Assembly (NCBI GenBank): GCA_052327205.1
Contig: CM126212.1
Location: 7,874,001 to 7,938,000 of the forward strand
Length of the DNA: 64,000 nt
Reading direction: 5' to 3'
DNA from: Somniosus microcephalus
Taxonomy: Eukaryota
Of this stretch, positions 15,220-27,690 are shown piece after piece; the stretch's first letter is position 1; every line of letters starts with the position of its first letter. The position numbers and the translations under genes were made by a program. Under the pieces are notes generated by a model. It made no database searches. It saw nothing but the letters and a program-made list of their open reading frames with translations, and had not been told where the DNA came from.

Positions 15220-15297
15220 TCATTCATTTAAAAATAGCAACTTAGATTTAACAAATAAAGAAAAGAAAGGTTCAGATTGTATTTTTGTTTTACATAC
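15220..15297 (-). CDS. RBBP6: Intron-3 read-through C-terminus of the short RBBP6 isoform (VCKTKIQSEPFFSLFVKSKLLFLNE*)
   Basis: In-frame continuation of exon 3 through the GTATGT donor to TGA at 15220-15222; starts VCK like human isoform 3. Confidence 0.7.
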   Translation of the reverse strand, partial: VCKTKIQSEPFFSLFVKSKLLFLNE

Positions 15298-15334
15298 TGC
15301 TTTCGACGTCCCACTTGCTGGTTCAGAACGATCT
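15298..15334 (-). CDS. RBBP6: RBBP6 coding exon 3 ((I)DRSEPASGTSKA)
   Basis: 37-nt exon, TTCCAG acceptor, GTATGT donor; matches recalled human ISRTEPAMATTKA; phase consistent. Confidence 0.95.
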
Positions 15335-16109
15335 CTGGAAAGCAGAAGACAATTTGTAAAGATGTTACAGTCATGTGCTTTTCATTTACAAGATAAACAT
15401 AAGAGATAAAAGAATGTATCTAGAAAGAACAAGACGGTGAAGAGGAAAAAAATCGTTAGCTAACAATATATAGCATCAGAGTGAACTACAGAATCATTGT
15501 ATCATTACAAATTCTCAATCAACAAGACTACCAGTGGGCTTTGAAAGAAAAGGCTTGAGGGACTATTCAAGGTCAAAAAAAATATGTAACGGTCAAAATG
15601 GAATTTCAAAACAACCATAAATTGTGCAGCTCAGTAAAAAGGAATCATGATTCACCCTCAGTGTGGAAAGGCTTTCACTTAGCCCATTCTCGACTAAAAA
15701 GCTCAGTTACCCTGCTTGCCTTATCCTCTTGGTTGAAAGTATCTGTGAGATGATGGATGGGTTGCATGCAACAAAAACAACATATTCTGAATCTAAGTCC
15801 TTTTAAAGTCAAACATATTCCAGCAAAACTTAGCTCTTAAGTCAACAAATGAGACCCATCTATAATACAACAGTCAATCCAAGGAGCTTAAAAACGTTTC
15901 TGTGGATTGATAGTCACAGAAAATTAATCTACCAGTACTGACAACATTCACCTTGTCAATCACATGTCTACACCTCAAAATAATATAAAACTGGTTGACT
16001 TAATATTGTCTGTCCTGAAACTACCTGCAGCAATTGCACTGACCTGAGCAGGAGTTCTACAGGCTACTAAACCCAAGTGGTGTGCTTTAACGAAATTAAA
16101 TTCTTGGAT

Positions 16110-16405
16110 TTGAGCATTCAAGGCCGACACTCCATACCGTCTATTCCAGTGGTTCAAGTGTGGATGTGTCCAATCCCATGACATTGTGTGGAGAGCAGGG
16201 AGTTTTCCCAATGTCCTGACCAACATTTCCTCCTTTAGCCAATAACAGATGAGTGGTCAATCATCTTATTGCTGCTTGTGGGACCTTGCGGAGCACACTA
16301 CAACTACAGCACTTACCTACATAACACTTATTGCACTTCAAAGTAATCTGTTGTACTTGAAGCACTTTGGGACGTTTAGGTGTGATGTTGTATAAATGGT
16401 GGTCC
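16110..16405 (+). mobile_element. Decayed DeuSINE
   Basis: GAGCAGGGAGTTTTCCC...GTGGGACCTTGC...CTTCAAAGTAA...AAGCACTTTGGGAC blocks. Confidence 0.6.
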
Positions 16406-16924
16406 TTTTTCACATTCACCTTGTATATCGTCTACCCCTGATTCAAAGCCACTGAACTGAAATTACCCGAATTGACATCTTCAGCACTTAATTCATACTT
16501 TGCCTTGTTATTTGTGCTTAATTTAATACTGGATATAACTTTTTTTAGCACAAAAAAATGGCTGAATTATAAGACTAAAAATATTTAGGTGCAACACAAT
16601 AACATTTGTTTAGACAATTTCTATGAATACCTTATCTAGTTTAAAGAAAATGTATTCAGATTTACTAGTCCAGCATAAATACATCAGCAATAAAGACAAA
16701 CCACACTGACTTAAGAAAATGTGTCAATTTATAACTATAATAATCAAGTCAAAACCGAAGCGCGAACAAAATACACTACAAGAGAACTCAGCACATAGTG
16801 CATCTCACAGGAATGCCCCACAATACTTCACGTACAAGTCATTACTTTGAAATGTGGTTACGGTTGTGAGGGAATGCAACCAAGGTTCAAGGTGCTCCAT
16901 GGAGCTTCTACCACCACAAGAACA

Positions 16925-17890
16925 CAGATACACAGTATCAACAGCACAGAAACAGGCCATTCAGCCCAACAGGTTTATGCTCCACACGAGCCTCCTCCCA
17001 CCCTACTTCATCTAACCCTATCAACATCGCTTTTTATCCCTTTCTCCCTCATGTTTTTCTAGCTTCCCCTTAAACCCATCCAAGCTATTCGCTTAACTGC
17101 TCCCCGTGGTAGCGAGTTCCACAGTCTAACCACTAGGTGAAGAAGTTTCTCATGAATTCCTTATTGGATTTATTCGTGACCATCTTATTTACTAGGCACC
17201 TACTTCTGGTCTTGCTCGCAAGTGGAAACATCTTCTCTACACCTACCTCATCAAATCTTTCCATAATCTTAAAGTCCTCTATTAGGCCACCCTCAGCCTT
17301 CTCTTTCCTGGAGGAAAGAGCCCCAGCCTGTTTAATTTTCCTGATAAGATATAACCTCTCAGTTCTGGTATCATTTGAGTCATTTTTTTTTTGCACCTTC
17401 TCCGGTGTCTACATCTTTTTTAGAACTGTTCACCGTACTCCAAATATAGTCTAACCAAGGTTCTATAAAAGTTTAACATAACTGGTCTGCTTTTCAAGTC
17501 TGTCCCTCTAGAAATGAACCACAGTGCTCGATTTGCCCTTGGTGGCTTTATTAACCTGTATCGTCACTTTGTGATTTGAGTAACTGGACTCCCAGATCCC
17601 CCGGTCTCGCTACCACATTTAGATACTTATTTTCCAAGGAGTATTCTTCCGACCAAAATGTACCACCTCACACTTATCTACATTGAAGTTAATTTGTCAA
17701 TTACACACATTCTGTAAGTTTATTTATGTCTTCCTGTATTTAGTCACAGTCCTCCTCTTATTAACTACACCAAATTTGCTGTAATCTGCAAATTTTGAAA
17801 TTGGACTTCCGATACCCGAGTCCAAATCGTTTATATAAATGATGAACAACAGTACCCAGCACTGATCCTTGTGGAACACCACTTCCCACC
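16925..17890 (-). mobile_element. CR1/HER1-like LINE fragment
   Basis: Minus ORF with GLIEDFKIMERFDEVGVEKMFPL...FMRNFFT; similar to 37600-38610. Confidence 0.85.
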
Positions 17891-18456
17891 ATCTGAGGAT
17901 ACTGGAGTCTAAATTAACGGAACTTGAATTAGCATGCTCCTACACCATCAACTCTCAAATGATTGTGTATAAAGCTAGGGGATGAAAATCACATATGTGA
18001 AAGCATACAATTATGTTGAACACTTGCATGGAGGGAGATTAATGGAACAGGAAAGCCTAAAGATTAAACAGTGTTACTTTAAGATAGCCAAACTTTTACT
18101 CCATGAACTTGAGTTGTGCAGCTCCTCTCATACAAGCTAGCGGAGACAAAACTAGTTTCTTTTGGGTTAAATGCCACACTTCCCCTGGTGTGAATAGAAT
18201 GGTATTTTGGAGCAGCTCACATTTCCAAATACCTCTTGACTATATTCCTTGGACTTGATTCCCATCATAATGAAATGGCTTCATATCCTTCCTAGTGCAT
18301 CTCCTTGAATCATCAAGTACTCACTATCCTCAAATGCATTACTGGCTAACCAAAATCACATTCAGGCAGCCCTCCCCAGATCTGGAATTAAGGCAGCCCA
18401 GCTGCTATGCCAAGTGATCACTTTCAGAAAGTTGATTTTGGATTCACAGCAGTGTA

Positions 18457-18694
18457 CTTTTTTGATTGGGCGCTTAAACAAATTGTCTGTAAATTAATAA
18501 AACTTCAAATAAACCTTAACAAATTAAATTAGAATTTGGTTGTCCGGGTTGATAATGCACTCCAGCGCCCCCAGTGCCCACCGGTCGCGGAAGTACTCAA
18601 GCGCGCCGGTGGACACCGCGTGCTCCATCTCCAGGGCCACCCGGGCGTGAACATGGCCGCGGAAGAGAGGCAGGCAATTGGGCTGAACGATCCC
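18457..18694 (-). mobile_element. 5'-truncated Tx1/L1-clade LINE with target-site duplication
   Basis: Minus strand encodes CLPLFRGHVHARVALEMEHAVSTGALEYFRDRWALGALECIINPDNQILI* (stop 18524-18526), then a short UTR and A-run; flanked by TTCACAGC(A/C)GTGTA at 18443-18456 and 18695-18708. Confidence 0.7.
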
Positions 18695-18888
18695 TTCACA
18701 GCCGTGTAATGATTAATTTTGAAAAGGTGACTGGATTCTGCTGTATTTATTTAGCCAAGTCCAGAAGGAGGCAAACTGAGCACATAAACAACTGCAAGAA
18801 AGTGCACACTGATGGTCAGGGCAAGAACAAAAGAAAAATTAAGTAGTTAGATTAGGAAGGTCAATTTATAGAACATGGCCATTGTTCT

Positions 18889-19263
18889 GGCAGCACGGTG
18901 GCATAGTGGTTAGCACTGTTGCCTCACAGCGCCAGGGACCCGGGTTCAAATCCGGCCTCGGGTGACTGTGTGGAGTTTGCACATTCTCCCCGTGTTTGCG
19001 TGGGTTTCCTCCGGGTGCTCCGGTTTCCTCCCACAGTCCAAAGATGTGCAGGATAGGTTGATTGGCCATGATAAAAATTGGCCCTTAGCGTTAGGGGGGA
19101 TTAAATACGTGGGGTTATGGGGATAGGGCTTGGGTGGGATGGCTGTCGGTGTAGGGACCGGGTGCTAGGGTTTGGATGATCAGCCATGATCTCGTTGAAT
19201 GGCGGAGCAGGCTCGAAGGGCCGAATGGCCTACTCCTGCTCCTATCTTCTATGTTTCTATGTT
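18889..19263 (+). mobile_element. HE1-type tRNA-derived V-SINE
   Basis: tRNA-like head with A box (TGGCATAGTGG) and B box (GGTTCAAATCC), V-domain TGTGGAGTTTGCACATTCTCCCCGTG...GGGTTTCCTCCGGGTGCTCCGGTTTCCTCCCACA, HER1-like tail TCTATGTTTCTATG. Confidence 0.9.
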
Positions 19264-20300
19264 ACCAGCCCTCAAACTGTTACAACTTGGTTCTATTTGT
19301 GAGTCACACTTCTTGTTTGGAAAGATTGCCTTGTCAGTTGATAAATCCTAAATCAGAACACCTGGATCAGGTTAGGTATATGCAAATTCATGTGAACAGC
19401 AATGCAAGCTTTATATACCGTCTAAAGTATTGACCTAAACAGCCCATGAAGTCAAAATATTGGACACTGCCTTGAAGTTCGAAGATGCCAGATTTTTTTG
19501 GGCAATATTTCTTCAGTTATAACCTCGGACTTGGGGTGACTGTTCAACACATGAAAGGGACAAGGTCTGCCCTATGGATCGTATTTGGCTTGGATAGCTG
19601 TCGGCTAAGTTTGTTTAGTGCACAGTAGCAAGAAAAAGGAGGACGCACAATCGACAGCAATGCAATGAGTGTCCATCCTCATCTCTTCCAGGCTGAAACC
19701 TCAGACAGTTTTATATTACACACAAGGAACGTTATCCTTGAACTTTCCAAACAATTCTGAAATATAATGCGTCAGTTACATTTCTACAATTTTGTGCATT
19801 TCATATGCACTTTGTGCTTACATTGAAACGAACAGCCACCATCCTTTATCACTGCAGTTACAGGCAGTTTGTCATTTCCTCCAAGACAAGAGTGCGTGTA
19901 CATTTACATTATGCATCAAAATATTTGAGCATATGATGCATTACAGACCGATAAGGCCCACAACTCAGTTCAGTTCCCTAAGTACTCACTAAAGCCGTAT
20001 CTGCCAGTCAGTCACATCTAAAATGGACAAACGAAGGAATGCAGAGTGCATGTATATTTCACTCAATTCTAGTTAAATCCACTTTCACTATAACCACGGC
20101 ACAACTTCCTATTGGTCAATTAAATGTGAAATTGCATTCCTTGAGCATCTACTAAAATACATAAGTGCTAACTGCTAAAATGCAATTCAGGAAAATGTTC
20201 AGCTCTGAAAAACACCAATCATTCTCAAGCTGTTTGAAGATGCTGCTCCATAAACATACAATAGGCATTTATTTTAGATGAAAAAATTGCAGATACTTAC

Positions 20301-20400
20301 ATGACAAATGCTTTGCCAGCAGATTTCACGCCTCCAATAGGAATTCTTTTTATAATGACAGATGAATTCTTAGGGATTAGAGCATTATCATCTGTGTATT
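20301..20400 (-). CDS. RBBP6: RBBP6 coding exon 2 ((E)YTDDNALIPKNSSVIIKRIPIGGVKSAGKAFV)
   Basis: 100-nt exon, TTTACAG acceptor, GTAAGT donor; DWNN C-terminus with the ubiquitin-like GG motif. Confidence 0.97.
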
Positions 20401-21037
20401 CTGTAAAGAATTAAGAGACCGTTATTGTACAAGTGTCAGAATACAAAGCATAACTTTCATCAATATTTGATGCAGCTGCAGAGTGCATGGCTATTTCACG
20501 AAATTCCTTTATTAATAATCTGGAAACTGTCTAGATCAGACACTGGTTTCTTCCTAGGAACGGCTTTTGCAGAGGAGGGCATTACGGTATTTTTGGTCAC
20601 ATGTTGGGAGATTAACATTACAGTAAAACAGCTTTTTTGTGTGGACAATTTGGAAAATGGCTGCAGTAACAGCCAAAGAGCTTGTCACTTTACAGTACGT
20701 TTGGGGAAAAAATCCCAAAAGCAATTTACTAGAAAGTACTATTTGATGTAAGTACAGTAGGCTTGAATGAGCACAAAGTAATATTGAGAGAGTTTGAGCC
20801 GTGCAACACATCTTGGGATACAGTAGCTTGTCAACATTACAGGATTCCCGTGTGTGTAAAAGATCGAAGGTATAAAACCACCGAGTCAGTGTTACATCTT
20901 TTCTTTTCACAAATGTATTGATTCTTCTAACATTATTTGTAGAGAAAACGAGCCCAACTCATAACTCAACACAGCTCTCTCTGATTGCTAGTTTTAATGC
21001 TGTCGAAGCATGTGATCATGAAGCATTGTACGTGCAA

Positions 21038-21152
21038 CATGGGGCAGTGGAATACAATCCTTAGTCTGCTAGTGGGGAAAAGCCTATCACTCATGGGACA
21101 GTGGAATACAATCCTTAGCCTGCTAGTGGGGAAAAGCCTCATCACTCATGGG
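21038..21152. repeat. Tandem duplication, 2 x ~54 bp
   Basis: CATGGG(G/A)CAGTGGAATACAATCCTTAG(T/C)CTGCTAGTGGGGAAAAGCCT(C)ATCACT twice, then CATGGG. Confidence 0.95.
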
Positions 21153-21574
21153 TTCAGCATCACAGCATGATTTCCCCCCCAACTCGATTTGGCTTATATG
21201 CTGTACACTAGAGTTTGAAGAAATTTATTAAAAGAGACTTCAAATTCTGAACAAATGTAATAAAACTTTAAATAAATTAAATTGTTTTTGTATTTAGCTG
21301 CACACGCTTCGACTTTCCTACTGCACAGTGCTCAATCGTATTAAACATAACCCATTTAGCAATCAAAGCCATATGCAGACAACAAAGGCACCGGAATCCC
21401 TCATGGCATGAACACAGGAAAATATTGACATCATAACTGAAATTTCAATTTTATAACTTGTACTTTTTCCAAAGCAGCCTTCTGAAGTTACATATATTTA
21501 TATTATGCTTCAAAAACCTTCACAGCCCAACACGAACAGTGTAAAAACAAGTGTCAAACTCGTTCTGTAAGTTT

Positions 21575-22015
21575 TTTTATTATTCATTCTCCGGATGCTG
21601 GCACCAGTGGCAAGGCCACATTTATTGCCCACCCTGACTACTCTCGAGACGGTACTGTCGAGACTTCTTGCTAAACGGCTGCAATTATGGCGGTTTCTTT
21701 TTTTTTAATACGACTGAAATGAATGGCTTGCTGGGCTGTTTCAGAGGGCAGTTAAGAGTCAACCACATTGGTATGGGACTGGAGTCATCGCCCAGGTCGG
21801 GCAAGGGTGGCAGGTTAGCTTTCCTAACTGACTGGAGTTAACCGGTTGGGTTTTTACAACAATCTGGCAAATTGTACGGACACTTCTACTGAGACCAGCT
21901 TTTCTAATTCCAGATTTGTTTAAAAAACAATTCAAATTCTCAAGCTGCCAAGTTGCGATTGGAACTCATTCTCTGGATTATTCTTCAAGGATCCTAGTCC
22001 AGTGACATGACGACG
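21575..22015 (-). mobile_element. Decayed SINE carrying the 3' tail of the second CR1-clade family
   Basis: Shares TTTATTGCCCA...TTCAGAGGGCAG...AAGAGTCAACCA...GGGACTGGAGTCA with 55650-55920; tail matches the LINE end at ~35630-35690. Confidence 0.55.
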
Positions 22016-22139
22016 ACACTGGTGTGATTTCACCATGGACACTCGCATGAGACCACAGGCCAAAGAACATTTATTGTTCAATAGACTTATTGTCATGACT
22101 TACAAGTTGATTTCCGACGATGACACACTCAGTAAATCA

Positions 22140-22765
22140 GAGGATAGAGTCAGAGGCACAGAAGGAGGCCATTCAGCCCATGCCGGCTCTCTGCAGAGCA
22201 ATCCAGTCAGTCCCATTCCCCCGCTCTACCCCCCTGGCCCTGCGAGTTTATTTTCCTCCAGTGCCTCTCCAATTTCCTTTTGAAATCGTTGATAATCTCA
22301 GTTTCCACCACCCTCGTCGGCAGCGAGTTCCAGGTCCTCACCACTCGCTGTGTAAAAAAGTTCTTCCTCACATCCCCCTGTATCTCTTGTTCAGAACCAT
22401 CAATCTGTGACCCCGAGTCCTTGTACCATCAACTAGTGGGAACAGCCTTTCCCCGTCTGCCTTATCCAAACCCGCCCTAATGTTGTACACCTCTATCAAA
22501 TCTCCACTCAACCGCCTTTGCTTCAAGGAGAACAAACTCAGCTTCTCCAACCTAACCTTCTAGCTAAAATCCTCATCCCGGAAACCATTCTGGTAAATCT
22601 CCACTGCACCCACTCAAGGACCTTCACATCCTGTCTAAAGTGTGGTGACCAGAACTGGACGTAATATTCTAGTTGTGGCCGACCCACAGCTTTATAACGG
22701 TTCAGCAGAACTTCCCCACTTTTGTACTCAATATCTTTATTTATGAAGCCCAAGATCCCATATGT
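22140..22765 (-). mobile_element. CR1/HER1-like LINE fragment
   Basis: Minus ORFs GRPQLEYYVQFWSPH and RLSGDLIEVYNI...TRGH. Confidence 0.85.
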
Positions 22766-24094
22766 TGTTCAATAGGGACATGGAAGTTATACCATTTATT
22801 GTTTAGCTAAATTGGTGCTGTGCTCCTTTGAAGCACAGTGTATAATTAAGAAAATACAAAATCAGAATTTAATCGCTGTTTTGTCAAAGAACTTTGCAAA
22901 TTGTAGTGTGTTAGTCAGCTTTGTCTCCAGGTCAGAAGCAATGCAGCTTTAAATGACAGGCCTTTCCTCTAAGAACATAAACAAGAGCAGGAATAGGCCC
23001 CTCGAGCCCGCTCCGCCATTCAATAAGATCATGGCTGATCCAATCTCAGCCTCAACACCACTTTGCCGCTCTCTCCCCCAGTTGGTTCTGGATCTGCACA
23101 AGTGCAATAGCCTGGTATGCTATTTAAACTATTATTTCAGGCCCAAAACATCCAAAGGAAAAATGTGGCCGTTTATAATTTCTTGGCTGTTTAAATGAAA
23201 TGAAACCATTTTAAAAACACTCAGGGAAGGAATGTCTGTGGGATACATCTACCACTGATGCTCAGTGCTGCTAATATATGGCCTAAATCACTAAGTATGA
23301 TAGGCATACAGAAGACAAAGGAAAAAGGGAAGGAAAGAATTACAGAATAGATTGAGAAGACAAATCAGGCAACTCTAAAAATGTGAAAGAGGCATGCAGC
23401 AAATGAGAGGCAAAGAAATTAAGAGTGGGAAACAAAGGAGGCAGTTATCGGAAGAGAAAGTGGCTTGTCTGCTCTATTTATAACTGCAGTAACTCCCAAT
23501 AGGCTTTCCAAGAGGTGGATGACATTTTGTGGAGCCAAATGTTATTTGACAAAGTATTAAAATACCATGCACATTTATAACCAGCCAGAATAAAAATCAA
23601 ACTCAAATAGAATTTTGTGTCACATACATATCACATCAAACTGGAGTACAATCATACATGCCACTGACTGGCGACTTGAAATTAAGACAACCAAGATCGT
23701 AAAATAGCTCCCATAATGACTAATTTGTCACCCATTCAAACTGCACAATGCAAAACGATAATAATTGCATATCTTGAAATATTCTTCACTTGTAAACTAT
23801 TTTATGACAGGAAACACAAGAGCCAATCTTAATTCAAATCACAAAAGATCAAAATGCAAAGTCTGAAAGACCAACCAGAACTCTCTGAAATTAGCCACCA
23901 ATATAGCTAGCTGCTCCAATGTACTGCAGCCTAGCTTATTCTGTCAGATCAAGATCAATCAGGACACACAGAATCCATTTAATTTGCTCATTCCAGAATT
24001 CAATACTAAAAGGAGACATCTTAAATGACATTGCACATACATCGAAAAGATTTAACAAGGGAGCATTTGCAATGACCGACGCACCACATCTCAC

Positions 24095-25150
24095 CATATA
24101 ACTGCATTTATCTAGCGCCATTAACCTAGTACAATGTCCCACAGCTCTTCACAGCAGTGTAATCAGACTAAAATTGACAGTCAAGGAGACATTAGCACAG
24201 GTGACCAAAAGCTTGGTCAAAGAAGGAGGTTTTCAGGAACGTCTTAAAAGGAGGTGGACAGGTTTAGTAAGGGAATTCCAGAGCTTCGGGCCTCGACAGC
24301 TGAGCTGAGGGCCAAGACAGCTGAAAGCATGGCCACCAATGGAGGGCACAGAAAGTGGAAGATGCACAAAAGGCCAGCGTTCTGAGGGTTGTAATTCTGG
24401 AGGAAGTTAGAGAGAAAGGGAGGAGCGAGGCCATGGAGAGATTTGAACATGAGAAATTTTAAAATTGAGGCGTTGCTGGACTGGGAACCAATGTAGGTCA
24501 GCAAGCAGTGGTGATAGGTGAATGGAAATTGGTGCAAAATTCAGGATATGGGAAGCTTATTTTAGGATGAGCTTAAATTTATGGCGAGTGGGAGATGGGA
24601 GGCCGACCAACTAACAGAGCAGTGGAATTAGTTGAGTTCAAGTAGGACGCCGAGGTTGTGAACAGCCTGGTTCAGCCGGATACATAGGCCAGGAAGGCGG
24701 ATGGAACCAGTGCCATGGGAACATAGTCTGTGTCAGGGACTGAAGACAACAGCTTTGGCCGTCCCAATTTTTTAATAGGAGGAAATTTCAGCTCACCCAA
24801 GACTGGATGCCAGACCAGCAGTTTGAGAACACAGAGGCAGTGGAGGGGTCGAAAGACGTGGCAGAGCTGGGTGTTGTCAGTAGACACGTGGACCCTGATG
24901 TGTTTTCGGATGATGTCACTGAGGGGCAGCACGTTAATGAGAAATAGGAAGGGGCCAAGGATAGATCCTCGGGGGAGTCAAGGCAACAAAGCGGGAGCAG
25001 CAGAAGTTATTGCAAGAGATTCTCTGGCTATGACTGGATCAGTAAGAGTGGAACCAGGCGAGGGGACTCACTCGGCTGGACAACGGAGGAGAGGCGTTGG
25101 AGGAGGATGGTGTGGTTAACCGTGTCAAATGCTGCAGGCAGGTTGAGAAG
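24095..25150 (-). mobile_element. L2-clade LINE fragment
   Basis: Minus strand resembles 12850-13610; FKSLHGLAPPFL motif; reverse-complement L2 tail. Confidence 0.75.
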
Positions 25151-25513
25151 GGAGAGTGCTCCATGGTCACAGTGGATGTAATTTCTGACTAACAACACAA
25201 GCTACTGAAATTGTACTGAAACACCAAAATACTTGTTATACAGTACTCTCCAATTAGATTGCATGTTCAAAAATCTACAACTTCACTACACGAACTTGTA
25301 GTAAAATGGCAGCATATTGACCACATCAATGGGGCATGCCCTCAAATTTTTCTTGCAACATTATAGGATTTTCATTCCTTTCTGAGACAGCCAGCCCAAT
25401 AACAAACTAACCCATACTAATCCCCATTAGGAAAAATGTATGACATTTCAGCCCAGCACATCAATGTTTAAAAACTCTAAAACCAGCAGTTATTGTGATT
25501 TTAAAACGAGTAC

Positions 25514-25584
25514 AGAAGGATGTAATGCTATACAATATAGAAGGATGTAATGCTATACAATATAGGATGTAATGCTATACAATA
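25514..25584. repeat. Short tandem repeat, ~3 x (AGA)AGGATGTAATGCTATACAATAT
   Basis: Directly visible. Confidence 0.9.
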
Positions 25585-26275
25585 GCTGTACTTTACGCAA
25601 AAATTCACCTTCAAAGTAAGTTACTTTGCAGCAATCAGTTTTTAAAAATAACGTATTCTGGATTCAAGCCGAGTTTGACAATCTCTAACATGTCTCCAAG
25701 TCGCTCAAGATCATTGAGAATTGGTGCTTTCATTTATGCATACCACATTGCTTCAGACCGTCATCGCCTGAAGGGCACTTTTGTAAAAGGTGCTGGGGGG
25801 TGGGGTTGGAGAAAGAGAGGCTAGATGACCTCGGAGGAACATTAGATAGAGATCGAGCTCTTGAACGGGTCATTTATAAGCGTACGATTGCTTTCTAAAT
25901 AAATCCCTGGAGGACAGAAGGAGTTTGTGAATGACAAAGGACAAGGAACGCATTTTCGTTCTGAAAAAAGCACAGATGGTACCGATGAAAAAAGATATGG
26001 AAAACCTGCGATCAAACTGCAGTGAAGATTAAAAGGATCATGCTAAAACGACCAGCCATAGCGTGGCACCTTACACATTTGAATGCGCTCGACTTGCTGT
26101 GCCCCGGACTTGCTCTGCCCCAACGTGCAAACAAGATGTCCTGACGAATGGGACAGATCCAGCAAACATGCGCCATCTTGTCTAACATAGGATATACGAG
26201 TTAGAGGCAGCATTAAACAAAGGACAGATACACATACATTATTTAAACGGAAAGAAGTCACCGTGGTCCATTTAC

Positions 26276-26441
26276 CTTCCTTAGTCTGTGCGTTGGTGAT
26301 CTGTAAATCGCAGTCTGCCGCCTTCAGCTTCTCTCTGGCCATGATGGTCTTCTTTAGATCACTCAAAGAAATATGAAGCCCATCGAAAGTGACCGTGTCA
26401 TAGTTCAGTTTAGAGGAAAATTTGTAATGTACACACGACAT
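26276..26441 (-). CDS. RBBP6: RBBP6 coding exon 1, DWNN ubiquitin-like domain (MSCVHYKFSSKLNYDTVTFDGLHISLSDLKKTIMAREKLKAADCDLQITNAQTKE)
   Basis: ATG at 26441-26439; 166 coding nt; donor G|GTAAAT; near-identical to the recalled human RBBP6 N-terminus. Confidence 0.98.
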
Positions 26442-27690
26442 TTTTTGTTTTTTTTTGAATGGGACAAGCCTTACCCACAAAAAAGTTTTTACCCTTTTAA
26501 CACTGCAAAACACAAAAACAAAAAAAATCCTCTTTTTCACAATTTAATTTCCATATCTGAAATTCAAGTATTTAGATTTTCTGTTGTATTAAAGCAATTT
26601 TATAAAAAAAAAACACTATACTGGATCGTAAAGTCAGGAAATAACTGTCTTCCTTTTAACTGCACATAGCACAAAATTAAATACTAGCTGTTTTACTCAC
26701 TAATAAACGGATAGTTCAAAAGTCAATGGTATAGTTTAAATGTCCAAGAAATTGTACGAAGTCCAAAGGATTTATTTCCCAAGGTAAAGAGTTCAAAAAT
26801 ATTCAGTTTATTATTTTCCCTCTTCCTTTTTATTACAAAGCCGCAATGCAGTATGTCTCGGCGCAGTTTTTTTTTAAATCTAAGAGAATCAGGTCCACGT
26901 TTGTGTCTTGGTTTCCTTCCTTCGGAAAATCCAGTTGCAACAACGATGGCGTGTCTGGGTTCGTTCCTCGCCCACAGACACGGTCCTCGGCAGCAGCTCG
27001 GAGTGTTGTCTCTCCTTTTGGTGAAATTGGGGGGGGAGCTGGAGCAGGGTGGAGAGGGGGTGGGTGGGGGTTGTTGGTTATTTTACCCAAAAAGTCACTG
27101 GCAAAGTAAAAGAAGAAAAAAAATACATAACAGCAGCCACACAAATCTCACACAAGGCCCCACCAGAGCTGCGCCTCTTTTTTGTGTGTGTGCTGCTCTC
27201 GGGAAGTATTTCTCAGGAGCCAGTGGGATCCAGCATGGCCTTTTATCCGATAGAATGAGGGGACGGGGCGGGGAAAATGGGAAATAAGGAAGAATGGGGG
27301 GTGGGTGGGGGGGGTAGGTTGGGATGAATGGGGGTGATGTGGGTACGCAGAGTCGGCGCTCCGATGGATGACGAACACACACACGGTAGGTAGAGGCCGG
27401 CCGGCTGGTTCCTGGCGGGAGGCTTCCTAGGCTCAGCTCCAAGCGGTAGGCCCGGCAGCGTCTCTCAGGCGCATCTTCGCACTGCGGCCCCCCCACGCAA
27501 CCCCCGTCACTCCACCTCGCTTACGGCCCAGGTTAATTTAAAAAAAATAATAAAATATCTTCTCAAGTACTTCAACCGTTACACAGGGGCAGGGGGGCGG
27601 CGGCGGCGCCTGAAGGCCAGGTCTGAGGCGACTGCCGCACTTTCAAACCGACACCAGCTCTCCGCCACAACAATGGCGGCTCCAACCCGA
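26442..27690 (-). other. RBBP6: Probable long RBBP6 5' leader
   Basis: No recognisable repeats between the CpG island and the ATG; exact TSS not determinable. Confidence 0.55.

Noticed and set aside
18443-18456. U2 snRNA target site for the Tx1-like stub (Keno-type specificity)
   Set aside because: Only AGTGTA resembles U2; flanks are not U2 sequence
21038-25584. Short direct repeats at 21038 and 25514 as CRISPR-like arrays
   Set aside because: No spacers, only 2-3 units, eukaryotic intron
26043-26540. 165-aa ORF as a single-exon protein
   Set aside because: Only 26276-26441 is RBBP6 coding sequence; the rest is 5' leader and intron read-through
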